IMG/VR virus record: IMGVR_UViG_3300006916_000050
Span: 1-62,323 of that record
Source of the DNA: a virus
Taxonomy: Duplodnaviria; Caudoviricetes
Strand: one strand, 5' to 3'
DNA length: 62,323 nt
Shown here: in pieces, positions 46,582-54,839 of the stretch
How the letters are laid out: each line of letters opens with the position of its first letter
How positions within the stretch are numbered: the stretch's first letter is position 1
The notes under the pieces: generated by a model
Database searches by the model: none
What the model was told of the DNA's origin: nothing
Seen by the model: the letters and a program-made list of their open reading frames with translations, nothing else
Translations under genes and position numbers: made by a program

Positions 46582-48198
46582 TCACGCCCGCCATTTGCCT
46601 TCCCAGAAGGTGACAAGGGTTCGTTTCCCGTTCGGGTAGGTGATGATGTGCGAATATGACCAGCTCGAGGGTCCCTTCGCATAACCGGGTTGTAGAGCCA
46701 TTACGCCGGACTGATACAGCCCGTCGACGATAGCCGCAGAGTGCGAGTGTCCTATATTGCACCGTCTGCCGATCTTGTACAGGTTCATCGCCGAGCCGCG
46801 TGATCCGTTCGGACCGAGATCGCCGTGCATACCGAACTCGATGTCTGCGAGAACCATGGACTCGTCTGGATCGAGGAAGACCACATCGTCCACGCCGCCG
46901 TATGACTTCACCGCATCCTCGAAGAGGCAGGTCTTCTCACCCTTCTGGATGCTCCTGTAAGCGTGCAGCTGCCACGTCAGGAAGAAGACCGCGTTGACAG
47001 GGTCGAACCTGTAGTCCACCTCGTGCAGCCACCGTGTAAACGCCCTGTCGTGGTTACTGTCGACGACATACGTCTTCACCCAGTCTCGAGTCCCTCGGCC
47101 GAGCAGGAACGCGTTGACGTTCTTGAACTCTGCCTCGACGCACTCGTGACCGCTCACATATTTCTCGAAGTTCAGGTGAGGGTTGCCTCGGTCGTGATGG
47201 TTGCGCCTGCGGAAGTCGAGCAGGTCGTGCATAAATTGGTGTTCTGGCTGCAGCGTGTCGAGCATACCGCCCTCGCCGAACGCGACCTCCATGGGCTCCT
47301 CGTCTGCGATCTCGAGGTGTATGTCGCCCCAATTTATCGCGAGAGGCCGGTGGCCGCTTGTCACGATGCCGCCCTTCACCTTCAGGTCGAGCTCGTAGAA
47401 TGTCCCGTCGTCTTCTCCGTTTATCTGCCTGACGAACCATGTCCCGTTGTCATCGACCTCGACTAACGTGGCTCCGTAAGCGTGATGGAACTCTGCCTTG
47501 ATGCCTGCCTTCTTCTGCAGGTAGTTTCGCAGCGTGGCCGAGCCCGTCGTGTATTGCAGCTTCGTCCCTTGCGATCGCATGGTCGGGACCGACTGCATGG
47601 CGATCTTCGTATGCGGGAAAATGGTTGAGTCTCGACCGCCGTACGTGTCCATCCCGGACAGTGGCCGCGTCGCCGTTGGTAGGATGTTCATATGACCGCA
47701 CCAGAGAAGGCCGGGAGCGAGCTCGATGTACTCGTCGTTCGCGTGCGCCTCGACCCAATGGTCGAACCATATGTCGGACAGGTCTTCTCGGGTCGGATGC
47801 TTGTCCGGCTTGACGGACTTCTTGCTGAATTTGTTCTTGTTGTAGGTGAATCTGGATGCCCAGAGCTCGACCTCGTCGACGTCCTTCCGCTTCGAGAGGT
47901 GCGCTGCGAGCGCGCCGAGGTTGTTGGTAAAGCCCTCATGAATGTGAGTGTTGTTCTGTGCTGATGTCAGGATGAATATGTTGACCTTTCCCTTCGCCGG
48001 GAGCGGTAGCTTCCGAGGGTCGAGTGCGTTGATCGCTCCGAGGAACTCTGGAGGCTCGGACTCTACTGACTGTTGAACCCACATCTGGACGTTCGATCGC
48101 GGGATGCCCAGAGCGCGAGCCACGCCCCTGATCGAACGCAGCTCGGCATATAGCGCAAGAGCCTTCTTGCGCCCTGCCTTGTCGGCTTTTTTGACCAT
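46582..48198 (-). CDS. T5 A1-like protein: N-terminal HTH plus metallophosphoesterase-fold nuclease
   Basis: LTSAQNNT, MNILPTA, KKAGIKAEFHH; GDIH, SNHD, HGD, GHSHS. Confidence 0.75.
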   Translation of the reverse strand: MVKKADKAGRKKALALYAELRSIRGVARALGIPRSNVQMWVQQSVESEPPEFLGAINALDPRKLPLPAKGKVNIFILTSAQNNTHIHEGFTNNLGALAAHLSKRKDVDEVELWASRFTYNKNKFSKKSVKPDKHPTREDLSDIWFDHWVEAHANDEYIELAPGLLWCGHMNILPTATRPLSGMDTYGGRDSTIFPHTKIAMQSVPTMRSQGTKLQYTTGSATLRNYLQKKAGIKAEFHHAYGATLVEVDDNGTWFVRQINGEDDGTFYELDLKVKGGIVTSGHRPLAINWGDIHLEIADEEPMEVAFGEGGMLDTLQPEHQFMHDLLDFRRRNHHDRGNPHLNFEKYVSGHECVEAEFKNVNAFLLGRGTRDWVKTYVVDSNHDRAFTRWLHEVDYRFDPVNAVFFLTWQLHAYRSIQKGEKTCLFEDAVKSYGGVDDVVFLDPDESMVLADIEFGMHGDLGPNGSRGSAMNLYKIGRRCNIGHSHSAAIVDGLYQSGVMALQPGYAKGPSSWSYSHIITYPNGKRTLVTFWEGKWRA

Positions 48199-48202
48199 GC
48201 GG

Positions 48203-48703
48203 CTAGTTTCCGTTATATGCGGGAGTCCGCGTCAGGAAGAGCGGATGACACTTGTGCACTGATTCGATCACGAGATTCTCCTTCTTGAACATTGGGAACG
48301 GGACCGAGATATTCCACGGTCCTGAATCATGGCGTCCGGGAACGCGGGAGAAGGGTTCTCCCTTGGCGTCCAATTCGGTATATACCACGTCGATGGACTT
48401 CGCGCCGATCCCTTTGAAATCGTAGTAAACATTATTTCTGATGAACTCGCACGGCCGAACCTTGTTGAATACGACCGACAAGTCCGTCGTGCCGTCAGGT
48501 GCTTCCACGGCCGAGGTGACTCGGAAGCCGATCACAACAGGAAGTGCGCGACCCTCCCACTCCGGGAACCGCTCCCAATTGGTCATCACGATGACCGACC
48601 ATACCAAGGACAGGCCGACGAAAGTGAGCAAGGAGAACATTTGCATGACGATGAAGGCCGCCTGCATGTTGATTTTTTTGCCGTCAAGGTCAGAGTATTT
48701 CAT
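48203..48703 (-). CDS. Membrane-anchored hypothetical protein
   Basis: Single long hydrophobic helix followed by a beta-rich domain. Confidence 0.6.
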   Translation of the reverse strand: MKYSDLDGKKINMQAAFIVMQMFSLLTFVGLSLVWSVIVMTNWERFPEWEGRALPVVIGFRVTSAVEAPDGTTDLSVVFNKVRPCEFIRNNVYYDFKGIGAKSIDVVYTELDAKGEPFSRVPGRHDSGPWNISVPFPMFKKENLVIESVHKCHPLFLTRTPAYNGN

Positions 48704-48996
48704 CCGCCCACTCCCTTCGAGAGCCACTGGAAGAATCCTTCTTTTGCAAACGACCATATGATCATGAACGCCGCAGGGATTCCCAGCATTAGCAGACCAT
48801 ACAGCCCCTTGCGCATTAGCTTGCGAGCCTCGTCTCGCCCCTTCCTCTGAATCCGCGCATAGTGCAAATCCTCGCGGAGCTCCCTGATCTCTTTCACGTT
48901 GTCGAGGTCGACGTCGAGCAGAGTCAGGAACTTCCGCAAGGCCGCTTCCGACGCCGCCTCGGCTACGTCGTTGAGGTCACGAGGATCGTGGGCCAA
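48700..48996 (-). CDS. Small membrane protein (possibly lysis-related)
   Basis: Coiled-coil then a C-terminal hydrophobic helix. Confidence 0.6.
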   Translation of the reverse strand: MAHDPRDLNDVAEAASEAALRKFLTLLDVDLDNVKEIRELREDLHYARIQRKGRDEARKLMRKGLYGLLMLGIPAAFMIIWSFAKEGFFQWLSKGVGG

Positions 48997-49000
48997 TCAC

Positions 49001-49228
49001 TTAGTCCTTCGAGTAGGAAGAGCGCTTGATCGACGATGGCTTGACGGCTTCAGTCGGCTCGACTGTCTTGACCGGTTCCGCTTTCGGAGCAGGCTTCGAC
49101 TCGTCCCAGACGACATACATGCCGGGGTGCTTTTCGAAGAACTTCTTCGCGCCGAGCGACGGCACGAGGCCGAGGTACTTGGTAGGTGTGATCGCCTTGG
49201 CGACCTTGATGAAATCGGAATCAGACAT
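49001..49228 (-). CDS. Small protein downstream of the capsid gene
   Basis: AAGGAG RBS. Confidence 0.6.
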   Translation of the reverse strand: MSDSDFIKVAKAITPTKYLGLVPSLGAKKFFEKHPGMYVVWDESKPAPKAEPVKTVEPTEAVKPSSIKRSSYSKD

Positions 49229-49248
49229 CGGAATCTCCTTGTTGAACG

Positions 49249-49279
49249 AAAAAGAGAGGCGAGGTTTCCCTCGCCTCTC
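49249..49279 (-). terminator. Intrinsic terminator after the major capsid gene
   Basis: GAGAGGCGAGG-GAAA-CCTCGCCTCTC-TTTTT. Confidence 0.85.
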
Positions 49280-49322
49280 AAACACTAGCCCGAGACCCTT
49301 ACCGGGTCAAGGTGTTGTTATA

Positions 49323-50546
49323 CTAGGCCGGTGCGATCGAAGTCGCGCGAAGCGAGCGGACTGACATCATCGAGTCGAGGGTCTGTACACCGTACAGAAC
49401 GTCGAGCGCGACCATGTTCTTGGCCAGATCGCCATCGTACCACATACGAGCGCGGACGCTCATACCGGTGATCGGGTCGCGTGCAGTGGAGATCACTGCG
49501 CCCTTGCCGTCGCCTGTGGAAGGAAGGGGAGCGAATACCAGAGCGAACGCGTTCTGGTGGAACATGAGGTTCTGGTAATGCGCGGCTTCCTGTGTAGCCG
49601 ACAGGTTGTCGAAGGTGATGACCACGTCGTTCGCGACCGCCTTGCGGAGGCCGGGATAGAACGAGATCGAACCTGCGCCACCGGAGAAGGTGGTATTCGC
49701 CGTCAGGATGTAGGTCGTGTCGTCGCCTGCGAGGGTGAAGGTATCACCAATCTCGACGGTTTCGATCGTACCCATAGCGTCGATCAGGATGGTCGCGTCG
49801 TTGATCGCGTAGCCAGCCACGAGGTTGACCGCACCAGCTTCGTCGCCGGAACCGTCAGACGCGGTGCCGGTTGAAGTCATGGCGGCGTTCGTGATGTCGG
49901 CGTTCTGCGAAACGAAGGTTTCAACACCGAAGCGAGTGCCGAGAGAACCCTGCATCAGGGCGCTGCGGTTCTCGCCGTCGCCTGCGATCCGTGCAGCGTG
50001 GAAGATTTCCAGCTCAAGGAACGCCTGCTCGAGGCCCGTGTCGATGCCGTAGTAAACGCGGTCCATTGGGACCTTGTTACCACGAAGCACCTTGCGAGGC
50101 TCGGTGATGAAGCCGGTGTCGACTGCGCCCGTCAGGGTCGCCTTCGGTCCGACCTTAGCGCCGAGGCCGTGCAGAGCAAGGTCGACGTTGTCGGCGATGG
50201 CTGCAGCTGCCGGAGCGATGTGATCATTGATCAGCTTCTCCGAGGCGTAAGCCAGCTCGACGTCTGTCACTGCGAATTTGACTTCGTAGTGCTGGTCGAG
50301 GGTGATGGCGACGTTCTGGCCGCCGACGTCCTGTGCAGTGGTGCCGGTATTGGCGACGTGCTGCGCTGCAGTGAAGGTCACTGGACGCTTGGTATTGACA
50401 ATCGAGCCCTTCTCGTTGCCAGCGCTGTTGCGCTCGCCTTCGAGAGAACGGTGGACGCGTGCAGCCATGCCGAGTTGCTTGTAGAGCACCTCGAGAGCGC
50501 TGTTCGCGTAGAACTGCGGGTTATAGTTACCGAGAGTGTTAGACAT
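49323..50546 (-). CDS. Major capsid protein (P22 gp5-like family)
   Basis: IAPAAAAIADNVD; NLMFHQNAFALVFAPL; LDVLYGV; AGGAGG RBS; follows the scaffold gene. Confidence 0.9.
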   Translation of the reverse strand: MSNTLGNYNPQFYANSALEVLYKQLGMAARVHRSLEGERNSAGNEKGSIVNTKRPVTFTAAQHVANTGTTAQDVGGQNVAITLDQHYEVKFAVTDVELAYASEKLINDHIAPAAAAIADNVDLALHGLGAKVGPKATLTGAVDTGFITEPRKVLRGNKVPMDRVYYGIDTGLEQAFLELEIFHAARIAGDGENRSALMQGSLGTRFGVETFVSQNADITNAAMTSTGTASDGSGDEAGAVNLVAGYAINDATILIDAMGTIETVEIGDTFTLAGDDTTYILTANTTFSGGAGSISFYPGLRKAVANDVVITFDNLSATQEAAHYQNLMFHQNAFALVFAPLPSTGDGKGAVISTARDPITGMSVRARMWYDGDLAKNMVALDVLYGVQTLDSMMSVRSLRATSIAPA

Positions 50547-50570
50547 GGCTTTTTGAGCCTCCTAAGTTGT

Positions 50571-50646
50571 GCGCACGACGCGCGCGATGAAAAGTCACCT
50601 TACAGCGTCGTGCGCTTATCGGTGACGCCGTTAACCATACATTAAC
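50571..50646 (-). promoter_or_regulatory. Structured capsid leader with a full CtrA-type site
   Basis: TTAA-N7-TTAAC at 50631-50646; interleaved 6-bp and 11-bp stems. Confidence 0.55.
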
Positions 50647-51436
50647 CGGGAACGACTTGCAACTCCTGACCTGCTTTTTCGGCTTCGGCTTTGCGAGCCT
50701 TCCAAAGCTGGTGATTCTCTGCTTCGCTCGAGGTAATTGTAAAAGCTCCCTGACGTCGACCCTGCGGGCTCTGTGTTCCGCCACCTGACGGACCTTCGAA
50801 CCAGTGCGGAGCCTTCTCCTTCATACCGTCCAACCATTCGACGACCGAGAGCGGCGACTTGGCGTCCTTGCCCACGAGGAGCGTGCCGTCAGAGTTGCGA
50901 GCGACAGGCTCGTAATTCTCGTTCAGCTGGAACGTGGTCTTCGCCCGGAATATGGCGTCTTCCACCGCAGTAGGTGTGAGACCCTGTTTCGAGGCAGCGT
51001 CGCGAACCATCCCAGCGATGGTCAGGTCTGCGATCTTGTTCTCGAGGGCCGTACGCTTCGAGGATTCTTCCTCGAACTTGGTCTGCGATGCGGTCAGCTT
51101 CGCGTCGTGGTCCTTCTGATAGGCTTCAACACGCTTGTTGATCACCTCGTCGAATTTCCCTTCCGCGATCATCTTGGTCTCTTCGTCGTTCTGCATCCTT
51201 GCGACAAGGTTCTGGACGACTTTAGGGTCGAGATCGCCCCATTGAGATTTCAGCTGCTTGAGGTTGTCCTCGAGAGCCTTCTTCTCCTTGAGAATCTCTT
51301 CCTTGTTTGAGACCAGTCCTTGAGTCTGCGACTTGAACCATTCCTGTACGTCAGGGTTGTTTGGATCGAAGGCTGCAGTCTCGGGAGGAGGACTAGATTC
51401 GGGTGCAGGTGTCGGGGTAGCTTGAGGATCGGCCAT
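50642..51436 (-). CDS. Capsid scaffolding protein
   Basis: Coiled-coil; GLVSNKEEILKEKK; EWLDGMKEKAPHWF..SGGG. Confidence 0.8.
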   Translation of the reverse strand: MADPQATPTPAPESSPPPETAAFDPNNPDVQEWFKSQTQGLVSNKEEILKEKKALEDNLKQLKSQWGDLDPKVVQNLVARMQNDEETKMIAEGKFDEVINKRVEAYQKDHDAKLTASQTKFEEESSKRTALENKIADLTIAGMVRDAASKQGLTPTAVEDAIFRAKTTFQLNENYEPVARNSDGTLLVGKDAKSPLSVVEWLDGMKEKAPHWFEGPSGGGTQSPQGRRQGAFTITSSEAENHQLWKARKAEAEKAGQELQVVPG

Positions 51437-51551
51437 TCTTGGCACTCCCATGATGTCCGCAGCGGCGACGTCCGGTCGACCGATTTGCGGATTGTTTTAT
51501 TGAGCGGAGATCATCTCTGCTCGTGTAAACGCACCATAGCCAATTTTATGG

Positions 51552-52265
51552 TTAACAGTCAATAGCCGAGCGGATCGACTTCTGCTCGTCTTCCAGTTGC
51601 TCGAAGGCTTCCGCGAACTCGCGGCACAGGCCCGAGCGGACGATGTCGGCCATCGCGAACTTGCACAGGAAGCTCGACGGCAGCCATCCGCGAGAGTGCG
51701 CTCGGAGTAACCAAGCGAGACCGGACTCGCCGGGTAGGTCGGTCTGCGAAGTGTCGCCGCATACGATGATCGTCGAGTCCTCGCCGATCCGGGTTGTCAG
51801 AGCCTTGAGCTCGCCGGGTGTTGTGTTCTGCGCCTCGTCGATGATCACGATCGAGTCCTCGAAGGTCAGGCCGCGTACATGCTCGATCGAGCCGACCTCG
51901 ATCCGCTCCTCCCGCAGCGCTTGCTCGTAGCGCTTCGCCGAGAGCGTCTGTTTGAAGACGTCGACCAGAGGACGCGCCCACGGGTCGAGCTTCTGCCCGA
52001 GGCGACCCGGTAGGAAGCCCAGAGAGCGCCCGACGCCGACGGTAGGCCGACAGAGGACAATCCGGGAGGTCTTGATATTGAACAGCTGCTCGGCCGCCCA
52101 CGCTGCGGCTATGTAGGTCTTGCCGGTGCCAGCAGGCCCGACGGCGATCACAGAGCTGCTCGTCTGCATCGCGTTGATCATATGCGCCTGTGCGGCGTTC
52201 ATTGGCTTTAAGGGGTCTGGTCGGAATTCGCGCTCTGCTTTACGTTGCTTGCGTTGTGTCGCCAT
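51552..52265 (-). CDS. phoH: PhoH-like ATPase
   Basis: GPAGTGKTY, LGFLPG, RGLTF, DEAQN, TRIGE, GDTSQTD, DIVRSG. Confidence 0.93.
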   Translation of the reverse strand: MATQRKQRKAEREFRPDPLKPMNAAQAHMINAMQTSSSVIAVGPAGTGKTYIAAAWAAEQLFNIKTSRIVLCRPTVGVGRSLGFLPGRLGQKLDPWARPLVDVFKQTLSAKRYEQALREERIEVGSIEHVRGLTFEDSIVIIDEAQNTTPGELKALTTRIGEDSTIIVCGDTSQTDLPGESGLAWLLRAHSRGWLPSSFLCKFAMADIVRSGLCREFAEAFEQLEDEQKSIRSAIDC

Positions 52266-52371
52266 TCCGAAAGTACCTCCGAGCCGTTCTGAACAGCCCA
52301 AATGATGAACGGACCAGACCGTTAAGTCTAGCCCGTAATTTGCGCAGGGTGTCAATAAATTGGTTAACAGA

Positions 52372-52629
52372 TCAGAAGGGGAGGTCTTCGTCGTCGGCCG
52401 GTTCCCACGCGGTGCGCTCGGTCAGGGACTTCTTCCACTCCTCGAAGGAGAGAGGCTCCTCGCCTGCGTCCATCGCTTCGAAGCAATGGTTGCAGTGGCC
52501 TTCCTGATAAGGGTCGAGCTCGGAGGAGGCATACGCTTCGCGGACGCTGTCGTATTGAGCGTTGAGCTCGTAGTCGGCGTTCTCGGCTGCCTGATCGCCG
52601 TCGAAGTATTCTTCGTAAAAGCATGTCAT
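52372..52629 (-). CDS. Acidic early hypothetical protein
   Basis: ACAAGGAAAC RBS; D/E-rich; ends DDEDLPF. Confidence 0.7.
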   Translation of the reverse strand: MTCFYEEYFDGDQAAENADYELNAQYDSVREAYASSELDPYQEGHCNHCFEAMDAGEEPLSFEEWKKSLTERTAWEPADDEDLPF

Positions 52630-52633
52630 GTCT

Positions 52634-52678
52634 TCGTTTCCTTGTGGTAGTTAAGGGCGACGTTGCCGCCGCCCGGTT
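52634..52678 (-). repeat. Intergenic hairpin-RBS repeat, copy 2
   Basis: 43 of 45 bases identical to 29235-29279. Confidence 0.8.
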
Positions 52679-52682
52679 GAGA

Positions 52683-52925
52683 TTAGATTGCGATCGCTTG
52701 CGCGAGGTGGCGGAGGAAGTGACGGACGTCGCCGTTGTGGAAGTCGATCTTGACGATCGTCGTCTTGATGCCAGCCTGCTCGTGCTTCGGTGCGCCCTTG
52801 ATGGCCGCGACGACAATGCCGTAGCTCATGTGGTTCGTGCCGCTTGCGCCCTCGACTTCGAAGCCCTGCTCGAGGTCGATGCCTTTTTCGGTGATCAGGG
52901 TGTTGAGCCAGTTGGAGAAGGTCAT
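52683..52925 (-). CDS. Early hypothetical protein
   Basis: ACAAGGAAAC RBS after a promoter. Confidence 0.75.
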   Translation of the reverse strand: MTFSNWLNTLITEKGIDLEQGFEVEGASGTNHMSYGIVVAAIKGAPKHEQAGIKTTIVKIDFHNGDVRHFLRHLAQAIAI

Positions 52926-52959
52926 GTCGTCGTTTCCTTGTGTTTGTTTCGATGTGATG

Positions 52960-53010
52960 ACCATAGCGAAAAACGGGAACGTGTAAACGCCCCCGTTGCT
53001 ATATGGTTAA
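52960..53010 (-). promoter_or_regulatory. Early promoter cassette
   Basis: TTAACCAT-15-TTTACA-16-TATGGT; AACGGG/CCCGTT stem and T-tract. Confidence 0.8.
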
Positions 53011-53013
53011 TAT

Positions 53014-53265
53014 TTACACGTCCTCCGCTGTAAAGGTTACGCGGTCAGGGTCGATGAAGCGCTGCGCCAAGCCGGACGCGGTGGCCAGTGCCGAGTAGGC
53101 TCCGTCTGCGAACGCCGACGCGAGATCGTACGTCGTGCCCTCGTCCTGTAAGTCGCTCTCGAAGAACTTGTAGGTCGTGCTGCAGACGTGTCCGAGCGGT
53201 CCGATCTGGACGGTGAAGATTGCGCGATCGTCGTCGCCTGTGGTGCGGGTGATGTTGATGTTCAT
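53014..53265 (-). CDS. Early hypothetical protein
   Basis: AAGGAG RBS. Confidence 0.7.
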   Translation of the reverse strand: MNINITRTTGDDDRAIFTVQIGPLGHVCSTTYKFFESDLQDEGTTYDLASAFADGAYSALATASGLAQRFIDPDRVTFTAEDV

Positions 53266-53277
53266 GTCGTTTACTCC

Positions 53278-53541
53278 TTACTTGATTGAGGCCAAAGCCA
53301 CGATGAATCTGTCGTCGTCAAGGTTGACGCGAGTCGCCTTCAGCTCATAGTCGTCGCCACGATAGCGAACCACTGGAACACCGTCGACCAGACGGCAGGT
53401 GGAGCGCGTGATCTTGATGTGGCGGACGCCGTTCCATGTGCGACGATCGAGAACCTCGCGAGCCCAATGCTCGAACGATACCTTCTCGCCGACGTACTTG
53501 GCGATGACTTCTTCGCGGGTGGCTGGTTGTTGGCGGCTCAT
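53278..53541 (-). CDS. Early hypothetical protein
   Basis: ACAAGGAAA RBS. Confidence 0.7.
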   Translation of the reverse strand: MSRQQPATREEVIAKYVGEKVSFEHWAREVLDRRTWNGVRHIKITRSTCRLVDGVPVVRYRGDDYELKATRVNLDDDRFIVALASIK

Positions 53542-53595
53542 GTCTGTTTTCCTTGTTTGTGTTTGTCCGATCAGGCAAGCACAAGCCGCCGCCGA

Positions 53596-53635
53596 TCGCA
53601 AGGCGATCATACGAACATGGTTAACAGCTCGTTGA
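53596..53635 (-). promoter_or_regulatory. Promoter with near-full CtrA-type site
   Basis: TCAA-N7-TTAACCAT-15-TTGCGA; -10 box unclear. Confidence 0.55.
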
Positions 53636-53676
53636 TAAGCAGGATTATCGCCACGACCGCCACGTACTTTAGGACG

Positions 53677-54648
53677 TCAGAGATCGACATTCTTGCCAGA
53701 GATCGAATCCTCGACCCTCGCCTTGACGACCTTCCGGTTGTTGTACCAGATCATGATCGCCGTGCCGATAGCGACTGCGCCGAGCACTGCGAAGATCAGG
53801 TTGTTGTCGAGGCCGAACGTGGTGCCGATCGTCTGCGTCTTCTGCTTGGTGTCGGTCACGATGTCGATGACCGTCGCACCAGCCGCCGGGACTCCGAAGA
53901 TCGCTCCGAAGAACGCCTGCAGCTTCGCCCAGAACGTCGAGCTCTTTGCTCCCTCGATCGTGCGGGACTTGCCTGTCAGGTCCTTCTCGACCTTGGCGCG
54001 ATCTGTCGCCCGACCCGAGCCCCGCATGTCGACGTACTGCGACGGCGCTGCGTGAGCGTAGCCTTCAAGCTCGAACAGTGCGAAGACGTCGTTGTACCAC
54101 TGGACGAACCTGTCGGCGTGCTTGCCGGTGCCGATCGGGTACTGCCGGGTCTTCCACCTGTTCGACGCGCCGGTCTGCTTGTACACGCCACCGGCGTTGT
54201 AGGCAGCCGCGACCAGAGGAGGGTCGAAGGAGGTGTGCTTTCGCTGGAACGCGATGTAGGACGTCCCGGCATAGATCGAGCCTGCAGGTTGCAACAGGTC
54301 CGCTCGGACGATGTCGCTGCGCCACATACGAGCGGTCGAGATTAGTGTCTGCATCAGCCCCGCAGATATGCGGTGCGGCGTTGAGCGGTCGGACTTGTAG
54401 CCGGGTTCCTTGCGCAATGCACTTGCATTACCTCCGCTCTCGGTGGCGATCGTCGCGATGATCAGCTCGACGGGTACGTTGAACTCCTGCGCCGCGCCCA
54501 GAATCTCGACCTTGTAGTCCTTCCAGATACGCGACACAGTTGCCGGGTAGCCACGCGTTCGCGGTATCTGACCATCGACCTCGATGCCTTGCTTCGTGAG
54601 CCGCCACTCGACCGAGCCCCATATGCTGTGCAGTCTTGCGATTCTCAT
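53677..54648 (-). CDS. Lytic transglycosylase (SLT) endolysin with C-terminal hydrophobic helices
   Basis: ATIATESGG, GLMQ, AAYNAG; AGGAG RBS. Confidence 0.85.
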   Translation of the reverse strand: MRIARLHSIWGSVEWRLTKQGIEVDGQIPRTRGYPATVSRIWKDYKVEILGAAQEFNVPVELIIATIATESGGNASALRKEPGYKSDRSTPHRISAGLMQTLISTARMWRSDIVRADLLQPAGSIYAGTSYIAFQRKHTSFDPPLVAAAYNAGGVYKQTGASNRWKTRQYPIGTGKHADRFVQWYNDVFALFELEGYAHAAPSQYVDMRGSGRATDRAKVEKDLTGKSRTIEGAKSSTFWAKLQAFFGAIFGVPAAGATVIDIVTDTKQKTQTIGTTFGLDNNLIFAVLGAVAIGTAIMIWYNNRKVVKARVEDSISGKNVDL

Positions 54649-54836
54649 GATTCGACGTCTCCTGAATCTATGCCCGGTGCGAACTGCGTGAACTTCTTGT
54701 TCTCGCGCTTGCCGACCATTGTCATCGTACCGCTTGCCACACGCAGGTCGTAGTCCGCCTCTGCGTCCTTCGCCCACTGCGGCCGGTTCTTGTTAAGCAG
54801 TGCGATTTCTGCCTTGTCTTTTGCGCTCAATGCCAT
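54645..54836 (-). CDS. Small protein directly after MuF-ART (candidate immunity or accessory factor)
   Basis: Starts 3 nt after the MuF-ART stop; GGAGG RBS. Confidence 0.6.
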   Translation of the reverse strand: MALSAKDKAEIALLNKNRPQWAKDAEADYDLRVASGTMTMVGKRENKKFTQFAPGIDSGDVES

Positions 54837-54839
54837 GCC

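Noticed and set aside
50547-50644. Stop-codon readthrough fusing scaffold to capsid via the pseudoknot
   Set aside because: The readthrough frame hits TAA after 13 codons, and the capsid ATG is out of frame (95-nt gap).
2506-53010. CRISPR array or mini-array suggested by palindromic repeats
   Set aside because: Copies are dispersed, not regularly spaced, and coincide with promoter elements; no cas genes.
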